DNA of 64,000 nucleotides from Octopus vulgaris (taxonomy: Eukaryota): contig OX597820.1 in assembly GCA_951406725.2 (NCBI GenBank), positions 30,380,001-30,444,000 on the forward strand. Reading direction: 5' to 3'. Positions within the stretch are counted from its first letter, which is position 1. Every line of letters starts with the position of its first letter. The notes beneath the pieces were generated by a model, which searched no databases, had not been told where the DNA came from, and saw only the letters and a list, made by a program, of their open reading frames with translations. Below are positions 24,544 to 36,910 of this stretch, in pieces. The position numbers and the translations under genes were made by a program.

Positions 24544-27116
24544 CACCTGGGAACTTTAGGTGTTGGTAGGGCCCTCTCCTGCATTACTTCGGGGGTACCT
24601 GAGGGGTTTCTGGAAGGGTCCTTATTTTGTTTGTTTGGTTTGTTGGGGGGGGGGGCACCGGATCACTATCGGGCCCGAGTGAAGGGGCCTGTCTTTTATA
24701 ACCCCAGACAGCGGTGCTATCGAAAAACCACTGCTGATCTGGGGTGGATGCACTGACAGGCCTTGCCTTGCTTTGACGAAACCCTTGGGACCTGGCTGGT
24801 TGTGCTTATGCTTGAGTACACTAGCAGGGAGGTCTCGTATGCAATGACCTGTTGAGACCCAGTGGTTTTTCTGCTGGGTTATACTCGGCAGGTGGATGTG
24901 CTGCCAGGCCTTACCCTTGGGTGAAGTCACTGTCGGGCAGAGCCACTCGCGGTCTGCTGTTAGGAGTCGAATTAGTGGGCCAGATGGTTTACTAGGTGAT
25001 TGGGGTAGTGGATTAGCTTGCCCTATTCGGTGGGGTTGGTCTTGCGCCTCCTTTAAGTTAAACTTAATCGTTTCAGCCATGGACCCATGGAAATTGCCGC
25101 CCAGTTAGTTATGAAATGAATAATAAGGTGAAAAACAAACGGCAGCCAGGCACCGCCAAACTGGTGGCCTGTGGGTCCGGGACGGGGCCCACAGGTCAGG
25201 CTGAATGTACTGCCCAGTTGCATTCGGCTGCACTGTGACCCTCCCCTGCAGGGGACAATGAGTCATCTCCCCTGCATGGTAAATCTGGTGGCTCACTAAA
25301 TTATGACAGGACCAGTGTCGGGCGCTCTCTTTTGCACCCAACACTGACGTATCACCGAAAAAAGTATTTTCAGCCTAGATTATGGCAACTATTCCCTGGT
25401 GGTTAAAGGCTTTCAGCTCCCGATGGACCTGGCACAGGACCCGGTCGATGACGTCCAGTCTCTTTCTTTAGAGACGGACCGAGATGGGGTCGCTAGAGAC
25501 CTCCCCCATGACGTCCATTCTCTTAATTTAGAAATGGGCCGAGAGGAGGTAGTGAGGGTATCAAGCCTCACTCCAGCTGGGAGCGAATTTTCGCTGACTA
25601 TTCCCTGCATGTCGTGCTCCATAGCCTGTCCGCTATGTCCTCTACGCTTCTCTTCTCCCCCTAGATGGGGAGAACATTTAGACAGTAGACATGGCGTGAG
25701 GCCTGTGTACAGATGTAGTAAATGTGGTAGGGAAAGTGGACATCTCCATTCGATGAAGTGCCACGCCGGCTTGTGTGATGGTGGTGCATCTAGAGCGCCT
25801 ACTCCTAGTCCCCTATTCTCCTTCCAATGCGACCACTGCAGCCGTTTTATTTTGACGGCTGTAGGCCGATCGCAGCACATTCGCCACAAGCATCCTGCAG
25901 TGGCTAATGCCCGCAGGATTGCTGCTCGTTTAGAGCAAGTGGTGAAAAAGCGTGCTGATCGGGCAGCCGCTGCCGAGGCATCAGGCCGAAGACGCAGAGG
26001 CTGTTGGTCTGACGAGGAAGTAGCGGTCCTCGTCGAGAAGGAGGCAGAGCTGTCAAAGGCAGGGGTAAGGCAGATAAATGCAGCCATCGCACGGTAGGAT
26101 CCAAGAGGGCTGCTCTGGCCAAAAGGGCTCGTGTGAGTCATCAAGGGTCAGAGCGGTCCGCGGCCAATTCCCAACCACATATCGAGAGAGGACCCCAGTC
26201 TAACTTAGACTGGAAGGATCGCTTCCTCGATGCTGCATGTCCCGGGCATACCCGTTGGTCTGCAGTCTTCTCCGAGGTCCTATTGGAACTTGTAGAAGAC
26301 GGGACCTCGGCTGCCTAGGGCTCTTTTGAGAGAAGAGTAGAGGACTGGGTGGAGCACTACAGATCGCGTAGGGAAGAGACCACCAGGAGAATTAGTGTTA
26401 TGTCTGCTAGGAACAATACCAACTTTCGGCGGCGGGGTAGGCGACTTGCATACACCCGCCACCAGGACTTATTTAGGAAAGATAGGAAGAGGCTCCTTGC
26501 AGTTCTCTTAGGCGAAGATAAGGAGTAGGAATGCCCAATCCCACTCTATGCTATAGAGGAATTCTATAGAGGGAGGCTTTCTACTCCAGGCCCTGAGGTC
26601 GATCTAACGGACTACCTTTCCCCCTCCCAGGTTGAGAACGGCCCTATTTTGAGACCGTTCTCCGTGTCTTAAACCTGGTACAGTGACGTTAGGTAAATAA
26701 TAAAAATAAGAAATAAAGACAAGTTTCCCTACCGACTTCAACATACAATACCCCCTCAATGAAGTCTTCAACTTTGTTTTTTTTTTTGGAGACTGAGAAT
26801 ACTGCAGTACTTTTTTTTTTATTTCTATTTTATTTATTTTTTTAAAAATTTTAGTTTACAAATTTTCTGTGAGGGGTAGCAAGGCTTTAAGGCCTTGTTT
26901 CAGTAGGGTTGAGATATAAAAGGAAAAAAAATTATTAGAAAAAGAATACCAGACTTGACAAATTTAAACCCCACCTTCAATTGATGCTTTTAGATATTTT
27001 TTAATGTTTTAAAATTATCAATCTTTATTTTAAAGGACAGAGGGTGCTGGCTGTGACAAAGTGGGACCACCCACTCTAAAAACAGGGAATGGATGATAAA
27101 AAGTCACTTAGAAAAA
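24544..27116 (+). mobile_element. R2-A clade retrotransposon, internally deleted copy b (both termini retained)
   Basis: ORF 25399-26097 has three zinc fingers (C2H2, CCHC, C2H2) plus Myb. A frameshifted continuation (YTRHQDLFRKDRKRLLA..ILRPF) runs to ~26670, then the 3' UTR, homologous to copy a (AAGTGGGACCACCCACT). RT and RLE are absent. Confidence 0.92.
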
Positions 27117-27221
27117 TAGCCAAATGCCTCGTCATCTAATTTGTGACGCGCATGAACGGATCAACATGATTCCCACTGTCTCGTGAAACCACAGCCAAGG
27201 GAACGGGCTTGGATGGATCGA

Positions 27222-27260
<39 letters not shown>

Positions 27261-27296
27261 TTTTGTGAGGGCACATGGTAGGTGTAGCATAGGCGG
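27117..27296 (+). rRNA. 28S: 28S rDNA fragment downstream of the R2 site (may extend to ~27365)
   Basis: TAGCCAAATGCCTCGTCATCTAAT..GAAACCACAGCCAAGGGAACGGGCTTGG..CGGGGAAAGAAGACCCTGTTGAGCTTGACTCTAGT..GGTGTAGCATAGG. Confidence 0.95.
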
Positions 27297-27869
27297 CAGC
27301 ATTCGCGTTGCCCCATCGGTGGCACGCGTGGTGCTCTTTCGGTCATCGTTGTTTCTTCGGCAGCGGATATATATGGATATATTTCTCTACATTATTTATT
27401 GCATTATATCGTTAATATGTTGCTATAAATTACCAATAAATTTTGAAAATTTTTTACCATTTTGTTTTCAGATTAGTCAAAAAAAAAATCTTGACTTGTA
27501 AGTTACAAAATAAATGTACATCTGGTGTACTACAATAACTATCACCCATTATTTGAATAAAAAAACTTTGTATGAGAAAAATAAGGAGTCATTAAAATTG
27601 ACTTTTTATTTGTTTTAATTGAAATAAAGCTATGACTATTGGTTTGTGTTATCTACATCACACATCTGAATATTTTTCTACTATACATGTTGTAGTAGTC
27701 AATTGTAAACCTTACTGCAGTTTGTTGCAGTAAATGGAATAACATTTTGGAACCACAAGTTATTCTGGGGAGAGTCCTATTGTCTTAATGCCTAATTATC
27801 TAACACATTCACCTGTTCGATTTCCACTCATATTTTTTCTACCAAATTTTTTGTTGCTTTGCAACCTTA

Positions 27870-28686
27870 TCAATGGATATTGACTCTGTTATTGGAGTTG
27901 CGCTCCCTTTTGTCTGTTTGTGCACATGTGTATGTGTCAGCATGCATGTGTGCCTGTTTATGCACATATGTATGTGTATATATGCATTTGTGTGTATGTA
28001 TGCTGCATATTCATGTTTGTATGTCTATGTGTGTCTATGTTTTAATATGACTGTATGTGCATCTGTTATGTATGGATGTGTCTTTGTGCATGTGTATATG
28101 GTCATGTGTTTGTTTCCTTTTGTTTGTGTGTGTTTGTCCATATTACCTATGTACCTATCTGTTTACCTACATATCCACTTATCTACCTATATAAAGGGAA
28201 AATGTATGAAAATAAACAAAAGACGAAGGCAGGTGGAGTACAAACAAACAGATGTATTAGTATAGTGCTCAGGAATAGAAAAAGTCTTTTATGTTTCGAG
28301 CCTACGCTCTTCGACAGAAAGATACACAGAAAAAAACAAGGAGAGAAAAAAAATGCGTGTAGGAGCTAACGATCTGTCATGGCGTCCTGTATATATGCAT
28401 GGGCAGGTAAATGGATATATAGGTAAACAGATACATAGGTAAGTAGAATGATAGGTACATAGGTAATATGGACAGATAAGGAGACAGAAACACATGAACA
28501 TATACACACACAGACTCGTGGAGACACACATCCATTAGACACATACATAGTCACACAAACCCATACTCAAACACACGGAAGGAGACAGAGGTATACAAAC
28601 ATGAATATGCAGAATACATACCTACATGCACAGAAACAGACAAAAGGGAACGCAGCTCCAATAATGGACAGTCAACATCCATTGAC
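27870..28686. repeat. ~320-bp imperfect inverted repeat around a ~190-bp core
   Basis: TCAATGGATATTGACTCTGTTATTGGAGTTGCGCTCCCTTTTGTCTGTTT (27870) pairs with AAACAGACAAAAGGGAACGCAGCTCCAATAATGGACAGTCAACATCCATTGA (28635-28686); TG-rich versus CA-rich arms. Confidence 0.8.
28205..28390 (-). mobile_element. Penelope-like terminal repeat fragment with hammerhead-like motif
   Basis: Minus strand reads CTGTCGA-AGAGC-GTAG-GCTC-GAAAC at 28317-28293. Confidence 0.5.
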
Positions 28687-28741
28687 AAGGCTACAAAAGT
28701 AACGAAAATTTTGGGAGAAAAAACATAAATGTGTGTGTGTG

Positions 28742-28786
<45 letters not shown>

Positions 28787-28788
<2 letters not shown>

Positions 28789-29170
28789 GCACTGCAGTGG
28801 CTGTGTGGTAAGTAGTTTGCTTACCGCCCACATGGTTCTGAGTTCAATCCCACTACATGGCACCTTGGGCAAGAGTCTTCTACTATAGCTTTGGGCTGAC
28901 CAAAATGTAGTGAGTGGATTTGGTAGATAAAAACTGAAAAAAGCCCATCGTATATGTTTATATATATATGTGTGTGTGTGTGTCTGTGTTTGTCCCTCCA
29001 CCATCTCTTGACAATCAATGTTACTGTATTTACATCGCTGTAACTTAGCGGTCCGCCAAAAGAAACTGATAGAATAAATACTAAGCTTACAAAAAATAAG
29101 TCCTGGGGGGGTGACTTGTTCAACTAATACTGGTGCTCCAGCATGGCCATAGTCAAATGACAAACAAAAG
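28787..29170 (+). mobile_element. tRNA-derived SINE family A, full length
   Basis: A box GTGGCTGTGTGG and B box GAGTTCAATCCC; body shared with 33033, 37496, 40836, 50090, 51518 and 53316. Confidence 0.85.
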
Positions 29171-30034
29171 ATTAAAATTTTTTTTTTTCCTTCCTTATGA
29201 CTGAAAAGAGCATGTATTATTTCCATATAATTCATTTATTGGATATTTCAGTAATGGATAGCACCATTTCACCCTTTGGGCTCTTCAGTACAAGTGTTTG
29301 TTTTCTCACTTGTTAATGAAAACCAGTGTTCTTTTGAGATATCATATTGTAGAAGTTTGATGAAATTAAGTGGTCTGAATGTAATGCTTAATATTTGATA
29401 TTTTAATCAATGCCACTTATTGATTTAGCATGTACTTAATTCTGGTGTTGCTTTTGCTAAATGACTGACAACCAAACCTACCACATAAACAAGATGATAT
29501 TTGATCACTGTGTCTAACATGACCCATCGTCTGAAGTTTTGACACCTCTTTCAGGTTTGTTGTCTTACATCACTCATAAAGTAAATTTGGAGGAACTGTG
29601 GTTGTTCATTTGTGAGTAACAAGGAACCAATGAGGTGATAGACTTGCCCTTGAACTTTGAACATTGGTATAAATCTATGTTCAACTATCTCCTTAGATGC
29701 ACCAAATGATGTCATTTGAAATGCAGAGTTGTCTGATATTGTTCAGAAAATCCTTTGACTGAATGGAAGATCTATAAGAAGTTGAGGAGGAGCTGGTAGT
29801 GCTAGCAGTCTTATCTGACTGCCTGAGCAGTGCATGCCATTAGTTTCATTTTTAAATTTTAAAGCTTTGCAGAAATGACAATTTGAGTTCAGCACACCAA
29901 TTTGGACTAAAATTATATTTTTATAAGAATGGGGTGGATGAAAGCAGCCCCAGGAGTTGTGAAGAACGAATTTGTACATAGTCTGTTTCTGAGAGCTATT
30001 CTATTGGACTACTGTCTAATCAGCATTAAGTTCT

Positions 30035-30215
30035 GCAGCATGCATGCATTTGCTGATCTTGAGAAAGTCTCATCTTGCTTCTGTATTGAGACTCCATCTG
30101 ATGTGCTGCAGTATGCCTTTGCTGATTTTGGGAAAGTGTCATCTTCCTTCTGTATTGAGACTCCATCAGATGTGCTGCAGCATGTGTTTGCTGATCTTAA
30201 GAAAGTCTCATTTCC
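30035..30215. repeat. 69-bp tandem repeat, ~2.5 copies
   Basis: TGCTGAT..GAAAGT.TCAT at 30051, 30120 and 30189. Confidence 0.85.
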
Positions 30216-31370
30216 TTTCTCTTTTGAGACCCTCACCTTCAGTTTTCTACAATCCTCCTTACTTTATACTTGTTTCTGGAGAGATTATGTCTTTTCTTTG
30301 GTGGCATTTTTTTTTCAGTATTATAAACCAAAAATTATGAACATAGAAGAAATTATACAGTAATCTCTATTATTGTAAGCAGTTGTATGTAGTATATCTT
30401 TATTTTTGTATGCTGTATAAATTAACCAAATAGAAGCACATGTATGAACAGCTAACTTAATGGTAAATTTACAACTGCTGAGATAATTATTAACTGGTAA
30501 TTGAACAGTAAATATGTATTTTTATATACCATGGACCTGCCACCTCATTGTTTTTTTGTCAAGAGTTTCACCTCCAGCTGTTCATTATGTCAGCTAACAC
30601 ACCATTCTGCTGTCATAGCCATAAAGATGGAAAGTTGTCGATGCATAATGCTGTTCACATTAGGATATAATTAGAATTAAAAGGGAAACAGTATTATATC
30701 ACATTACAATATATATGTTATTCTTTCACTTTTGACATGTAATACTGAACCAGTACCAATGTTGTATTTTTTAATCCAAAGGACAAAAAAATTACATGTT
30801 GACACACATGGGGTCTGATAGTATTACCAAGTAAAATTTGATTTGATTTGGTTGAACCATTTGAAAATTCATTGGGAACAGACAGACAAAGAATTTTATA
30901 TATATAGAAGATAAGTAATTTAATTGTTATTTATGATTATAAGACTTTGAGTATAGATGTATAAATTATATACTTATTTGTTAATATACTCTGGCTCAGG
31001 GTAGCAATACTTACCAAGGATCCCAGTTATTGGTCTAACAGCAGAAAATGATCCTGTGGCTAAGGTACACAAGATCTGGGGGAGAGTTGATCACTAGACT
31101 TGTATCTCACAAGCTTATATCTCACAAGCTTATAGGTGTGTGAACATGCCCTGATAACATGTAAACCAGTCCCTTTACCTAAGGATTAAATAGGCCCTGT
31201 GTCTCAAGAGTAAGCTCAGAGGAGCAGGAGACTATCAAAGTAAATTGTAAATAAACAAGCAGATGGCAACAGGAAACCACTGCTGTATCTGTCTCAAGGA
31301 AATCATGACTCTTCAGACTTTGTCATGGAGGTACATGATTGCTGACACATACACACACACATATATATAT

Positions 31371-31667
31371 CATCATATATATATATATGTATATATTTTG
31401 TGTGTGTGTGTATAGGCAAAAGAGATGAGAGTCAATATGCATTATATACTTTTTGTGAAAAATTCTAACTTAAATTTTAATTAACCTAAAGAAAACATTT
31501 TTTTTTAAATGACGCATCATCATCATCATATATATATATATGTATATATTTTGTGTGTGTGTGTATAGGCAAAAGAGATGAGAGTCAATATGCATTATAT
31601 ACTTTTTGTGAAAAATTCTAACTTAAATTTTAATTAACCTAAAGAAAACATTTTTTTTTAAATGACG
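31371..31667. repeat. Near-perfect ~150-bp tandem duplication
   Basis: 31371-31515 is repeated at ~31523-31667. Confidence 0.9.
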
Positions 31668-33032
31668 TAATTGATTTGTTCATTGATAAAACATATCCGA
31701 AACAGCTATAGTGAACCTCAGCCCATTTGTGCTATCATTTATACCACACCACACTCAGAACCTTTGCTGTGTTGGATCTTGAGCCTACAATGGAGCGTGG
31801 ACTGCATGCTGGAGCATAGTTTTGTGTGATTTTACATATATGTTGAGTGTACTTGGTCTGTATTTGTGGATCTAAGTATAACCGGAAGGACAAATCTGTA
31901 TATACTCCAGTTAGCATGTGAATATCCATGTTGACATCCTTATTAGAATACCTTGATTTCATTGGATAATAATAATAATATAATTATTGTATACAGTGCT
32001 CAGGTGCACAACTTGTCAGAAAGTGCGTATAAAGTGTATGCAGTAATGTACAAATGTCTGGAAAGCAAGCAATGTATGAGTCAGATACATGCTTGTGTGT
32101 GTATGGAGGGGAGAAAATCAGGTGTAGTGTTGGCGAATCTCAGAAAGCATGGAAGTTTTGAAGGATGCAGTGCTTCGACAACTAACAACTGATCCTGCAA
32201 ACAGTTATATATATATATGTGAGTGTGTGCGTGTGTGTATAAAGAGAATTACTGAAATTAATTACACAGAGATGCCATCTGTTAAATTAGTGTTAACATT
32301 TATAATATAGTGATCTTCAAAACTCTAATTAGGAAAACAGCATTAGTTCAATGACTAATATTTTGTTGAGAGTAATTAACCTCATTTTCTTTATCTTATA
32401 GTTAAAGCTAATGACTCCTAACTGACAGATTAGTATATGGGCACATATACTTGCAACAGAATGAACTCTACTACAGGTAACCAGGGTACTGGGTGACAGT
32501 TTAAATCTCTCACCTAAGAAGGCTATGGCAGTATTTGAATTAAAAATGCAAAGATCCAGGACAAATACTACAAGGTATCTAATCCAATGTCCTTAGAGTT
32601 CTGCCTATCCACCACTCTGGATGAGCACACTTTTATTAATCCCAAAAGAACAAAAGACAAAGCTGACCTCAGTGAGATTTGTGTGTAGAGACTGAGAACA
32701 AATACTTTATGGCATTCTACCTGATATTCTTAACACTACCAATTTGCTACCCTAGGGGATATGTTTCATTTAAATTTGGTAATTTTTCCTTCATACTCAA
32801 GTAAAAATCACATTGTACATCTATTTAATGATTCTCTCATCACTACAGCAGCAAGTATGTTGAAGTATATGCTTCACTTAGGACTAAAATATGCCCAAAG
32901 TCTTGTACTTATCAAAACGATAGTAGCAACTGAGTTACTGTTGTTTCTTTACTGCATTAGTATTCCTAATTTAATTTTCAGTGTCCATTCCATTTAAATA
33001 TGTTAATGTTAAATTAACATACATACATTTAT

Positions 33033-33408
33033 AGGCATAGGAGATGCTGTGTGGTAAGTAGCTTGCTTACAAACCACATGGTTCCAGGTTCAGTCCCACT
33101 GCATGGCACCTTGGGAAAGTGTCTTCTACTGTAGCCTCGGGCCGACCAAAGCCTTGTGAGTGGATTTGTTAGACGGAAACTGAAAGAAGCCTGTCATATA
33201 TATATATGTGTGTATATGTTTGTCCCCCCAACATCGCATGACAATCGGTGCTGGTGTGTCTACGTCCCCATAATTTAGCAGTTTGGCAAAAGAGACCGCT
33301 AGAATAAGTACTAGGCTTACAAAGAATAAGTCCTGCAGTTGATTTGCTCGACTAAAGGTGGTGCTCCAGCATGGACAGTCACATGACTGAAACAAGTAAA
33401 AGAGAATA
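33033..33408 (+). mobile_element. SINE family A, full length
   Basis: GCTGTGTGGTAAGTAGCTTGCTTAC..GGTTCAGTCCCAC..GACTGAAACAAGTAAAAGAG. Confidence 0.88.
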
Positions 33409-33439
33409 CATATGTATGTCAATGATAAATTAACATATG

Positions 33440-33750
33440 TGCCAGCCTCGCCTGGCCCCCATGCCAGTGGCACGTAAAAGCACCATCCGTTCGTGTCCGT
33501 TGCCAGCCTCGCCTGGTCCCCGTGTCGGTGGCACGTAAAAGCACCATCTGTTCGTCAGCTCTGTCTGGCACGTAAAAAGCACCCACTACACTCACGGAGT
33601 GGTTGGCGTTAGGAAAGGCATCCAGCCGTAGAAACACTGCCAGATCTGACTGGGCCTGATGAAGCCTTCTGGCTTCACAGACCCCAGTTCAACTGTCCAA
33701 CCCATGCTAGCATGGAAAACGGACGCTAAATGATGATGATGATGATGATG
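33440..33750 (+). mobile_element. Repeat family C, 3' part
   Basis: Matches 19635-19901; (GAT)n tail. Confidence 0.8.
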
Positions 33751-35049
33751 TATGTTAGCATAAACCTTTTTGCATTTAACCTGGTCATGTCCTGCTTAAG
33801 TATTCTGTTTTAAGTTGAAACTGACCAGATACAACCTCTCACACCTACCTCTACAATCTCATTATAAAAATACATACACTATTGAAATCTCAAAGCTATG
33901 ACTCAAAACAATGAGAATAGGCAATACACTTGACAAAGAAATTAACACACACACACACACATATCATTTTAATGGCCACTTTTCTATGGGTCAGAAAAAA
34001 ATTCCTTGAAGCAGATGTTATATGGCAGGATGCTCTTCCTGTCACCAACTATCATCTCTCCAAGTTCATAATATCTTGCACACTACTTGAAAATACTGTC
34101 ATACTTTCCACTTGCAAAACTAAGATAATAAAATATATTACCAGTTGTATTAAACATTTTATTTGCAATCAGTATTCTTCAGGTATTTTTACATTCTTTA
34201 TTCTTGCCACTTGTTTAAATATTTGAAGAAAAACTTCAGATTCCTGTAGTAACAATTAAGAAAATTAGTCGTTCCTGCAAAATTTCAGTAATGTAGTAAA
34301 TATACCATAAGTCTGGTTGACCATTTTCAAATTTCCTTATGTTGTTCAACCTGTTGTCTGTCCTGTGTATTGCATGTGATACAAAGGACATATTTCCTTG
34401 GTGTCCCGGCATCATATATGATACACATTCCCAATCAATTTTTTTCAATCACTAGAATATCTTGGGATTTATGAAGGAAAGCTTTATATCACTCGTAACA
34501 TGTGAAACAATGTCTAACCAAAAGTCTGAAAAACAAACGTGGACATTTAAGACAAACTTATGAAAATTGTTTGGACAAGCAAAAGATTAAAATCTCTAGG
34601 ACAGGCATGATTGAGCATACCCATTATCAAAAGTACAAGCTGTAAAGACATAAAAATTAGCAGTTACCTGTCACAACATCAATAATAACACACTGAACAA
34701 TAAAATTTTATTATGGCAAACATAAATTGCTAGTATATAGCTTTATTTAAATATTAAAAAAAAGCGGTCATTTTGATTTGTTTTTTTATTTTATCCAAAT
34801 ACAAGGTGTTAGCCATTGCAGTACACTAAAATTATTTCTTAGTATACTTATGGAAACACCCTAATTTGTTCATTAATTTTCTTGATAAAAAAATTGTTTC
34901 CCAAATAATAGCCACTTAATAGTGATATGTTAATGATACTGATGTGATAAAAACAGCATACAAATATATTCAAATACAACTATATATAGTTATACCACAG
35001 TACATGTGTATTTTCCATATATTGTTTCATGATGTGAGGTTGGTTCATA

Positions 35050-36910
35050 GACATAAATTGATGTGGAATGCAAAGCAGCGTGGTAAATCAGAATGTCATT
35101 GGTGAACAATGTGTATGGAATGACAGTGGCGCACTTAACCTCAATGAGGATAAAGCTGAAAAGAACGAGGCATGAAAATGCTTCTACAGAGTTGCTAAAT
35201 GGAGAAAAGTGAGAGGACTACCTGAAATAGATGGAATTGTGAGACAGCTCTGGCTGGAAATGTCACTGAGATATGAAGGAAGGAAAGGCCACCAAGAATA
35301 GGTTGCTGAGAGGCTGATCACTGGTGCCTTCTGCTATGTAAAACAACTACAGGAAAAGTTCTTATTTGAGAGGAAGACATTACACATAGTGTTCATACAC
35401 TAGTATAAAGCCTTTGACAGTATCTTTCTATATAGTCAGATGGTCATTAAGACAACTGGGTGTAGTGAGAATGGCCCCTTGTGAGTAATAAAAAATCAAA
35501 CTGGGTGTAGTGAGAGCCATGCAAACCTTGTACATTGGTGGGGCTGACAGCAAGGTGAGAGTTAGCAACAAGTTTAGGGAGCAATTTATATGTACAGTTA
35601 GATGTTCATCAAGGCTCAGTTCACAATCACCTTCTGTTTATTTTTATTCTCAGAGCCATAACAGAGATCAAGACCAACTGTTCATGGTAACTACTCTATC
35701 TGGACAACCTCATCTCATAGCTGAACCAGCCAGAGAATTAAAGAAAAAGTCCTAACCAAAGGAGAATAAGGTTTAAGGGGTTTAAAAGTGAATCTTGCAA
35801 AATCAAAAATTTTAACAACAAAAAAATCTGTCCTGCACCCTGGAAAGGCCACATTTAATATAGAGAAAAGGAGTATGTAGGAATTCTATCGTGTACCAAA
35901 TGTAAGATGGTTATGCATCAGAGATGCTGTAGGACTCTAAGCAGGCTGACAGAGGAGGACTTCATTAATATTATAATAATCATCATTGCTTTAATGTTTA
36001 ATTTTTCATGTTTGCATAACATAGACAGAATTCATAAAGACAAATTTTCTATGGCTGGATGTTCTTCCTGTCATCAACCCATACCTGTTTCCAAGCACGG
36101 TTCCCCATGGCTGGACATGTTTTCACAGATGATTGGAAACAAAGGATACAGTTTGTATAATGCTGATGTTTGTCTACAGCTAACACACAATGTCAAAACA
36201 AGACATAAATTCATTTATATAAACGAGCTTCATTGAGTTGCTGTCTATCAGATCAACTTGGGCCAGGGTTACAGTTGAATATACCTGCCAACGTGTCTTC
36301 TCTTATAGCCATGCAGTAAGACTGAATCTGAAATCATGAAGTTAGGAAGTGAACTTCTTAAACATACAGCCATGCCTGCACCTACGTAACAAATGAATAG
36401 ATATAATTAGCAGTAAGAGCACCTATGAAATGAATTCTTTTAAATGTTCAGATTTGATAGTAGTCAACAGTTTCCACTACCTATCAGCTGTAGAAGCATA
36501 GTAACCAGCATAAGGATGGGGTGAAAAAAGTTCTGGGAGTTTCAACCTCTGTTGACAACAAAGGGATTCTATCTCAGAATGAAGGGCAGATTGTATGATG
36601 CATATGTTTGAAGTGTTTTATTGAACAGGGAGCAAAACATGAGCATGGATATTAGCATGCATGAAAGACAGAGTACATTTTTTTCACTCAGTTTATATCA
36701 TGTGAAAAAATAGATATGTGAAATAAGCCAAAATAGAATATGTACAGGAATGGATATGTGATGCATATGAAAAGGACAGCTGTGTGAAGTGTCAAGTAAC
36801 CCAAATGGAAGGAACTTGACCAAAGAAGTAATAAAGGCTGATCTCAAGGTGCTGAACCTCATGAAGGAGGAAAAGAGACAGCAGCTGGTGACAAGATACA
36901 GTGCAGGAGA
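35050..36910 (+). mobile_element. Degenerate RTE-clade LINE remnant
   Basis: Decayed motifs KAFD (35407), HQGS (35607), GLKVNLAKSK (35779), RNSI..C..HQRC (35880), KKF.E..PLLTTKG..LR.KGRLYDA (36525-36610). Confidence 0.7.

Noticed and set aside
24178-27296. Functional rDNA unit
   Set aside because: Only 85-180-bp mutated 28S pieces; no 18S or 5.8S.
27859-29235. Cys/Val/Tyr-rich ORFs (also 44303-44907)
   Set aside because: Translations of TG/CA microsatellites and SINE or MITE bodies.
29929-30363. 144-aa ORF with 23-aa repeats as a gene
   Set aside because: Explained by a 69-bp tandem repeat; no recognisable domain.
31371-31667. 150-bp duplication as a functional element
   Set aside because: Microsatellite-anchored slippage or assembly stutter; no further structure.
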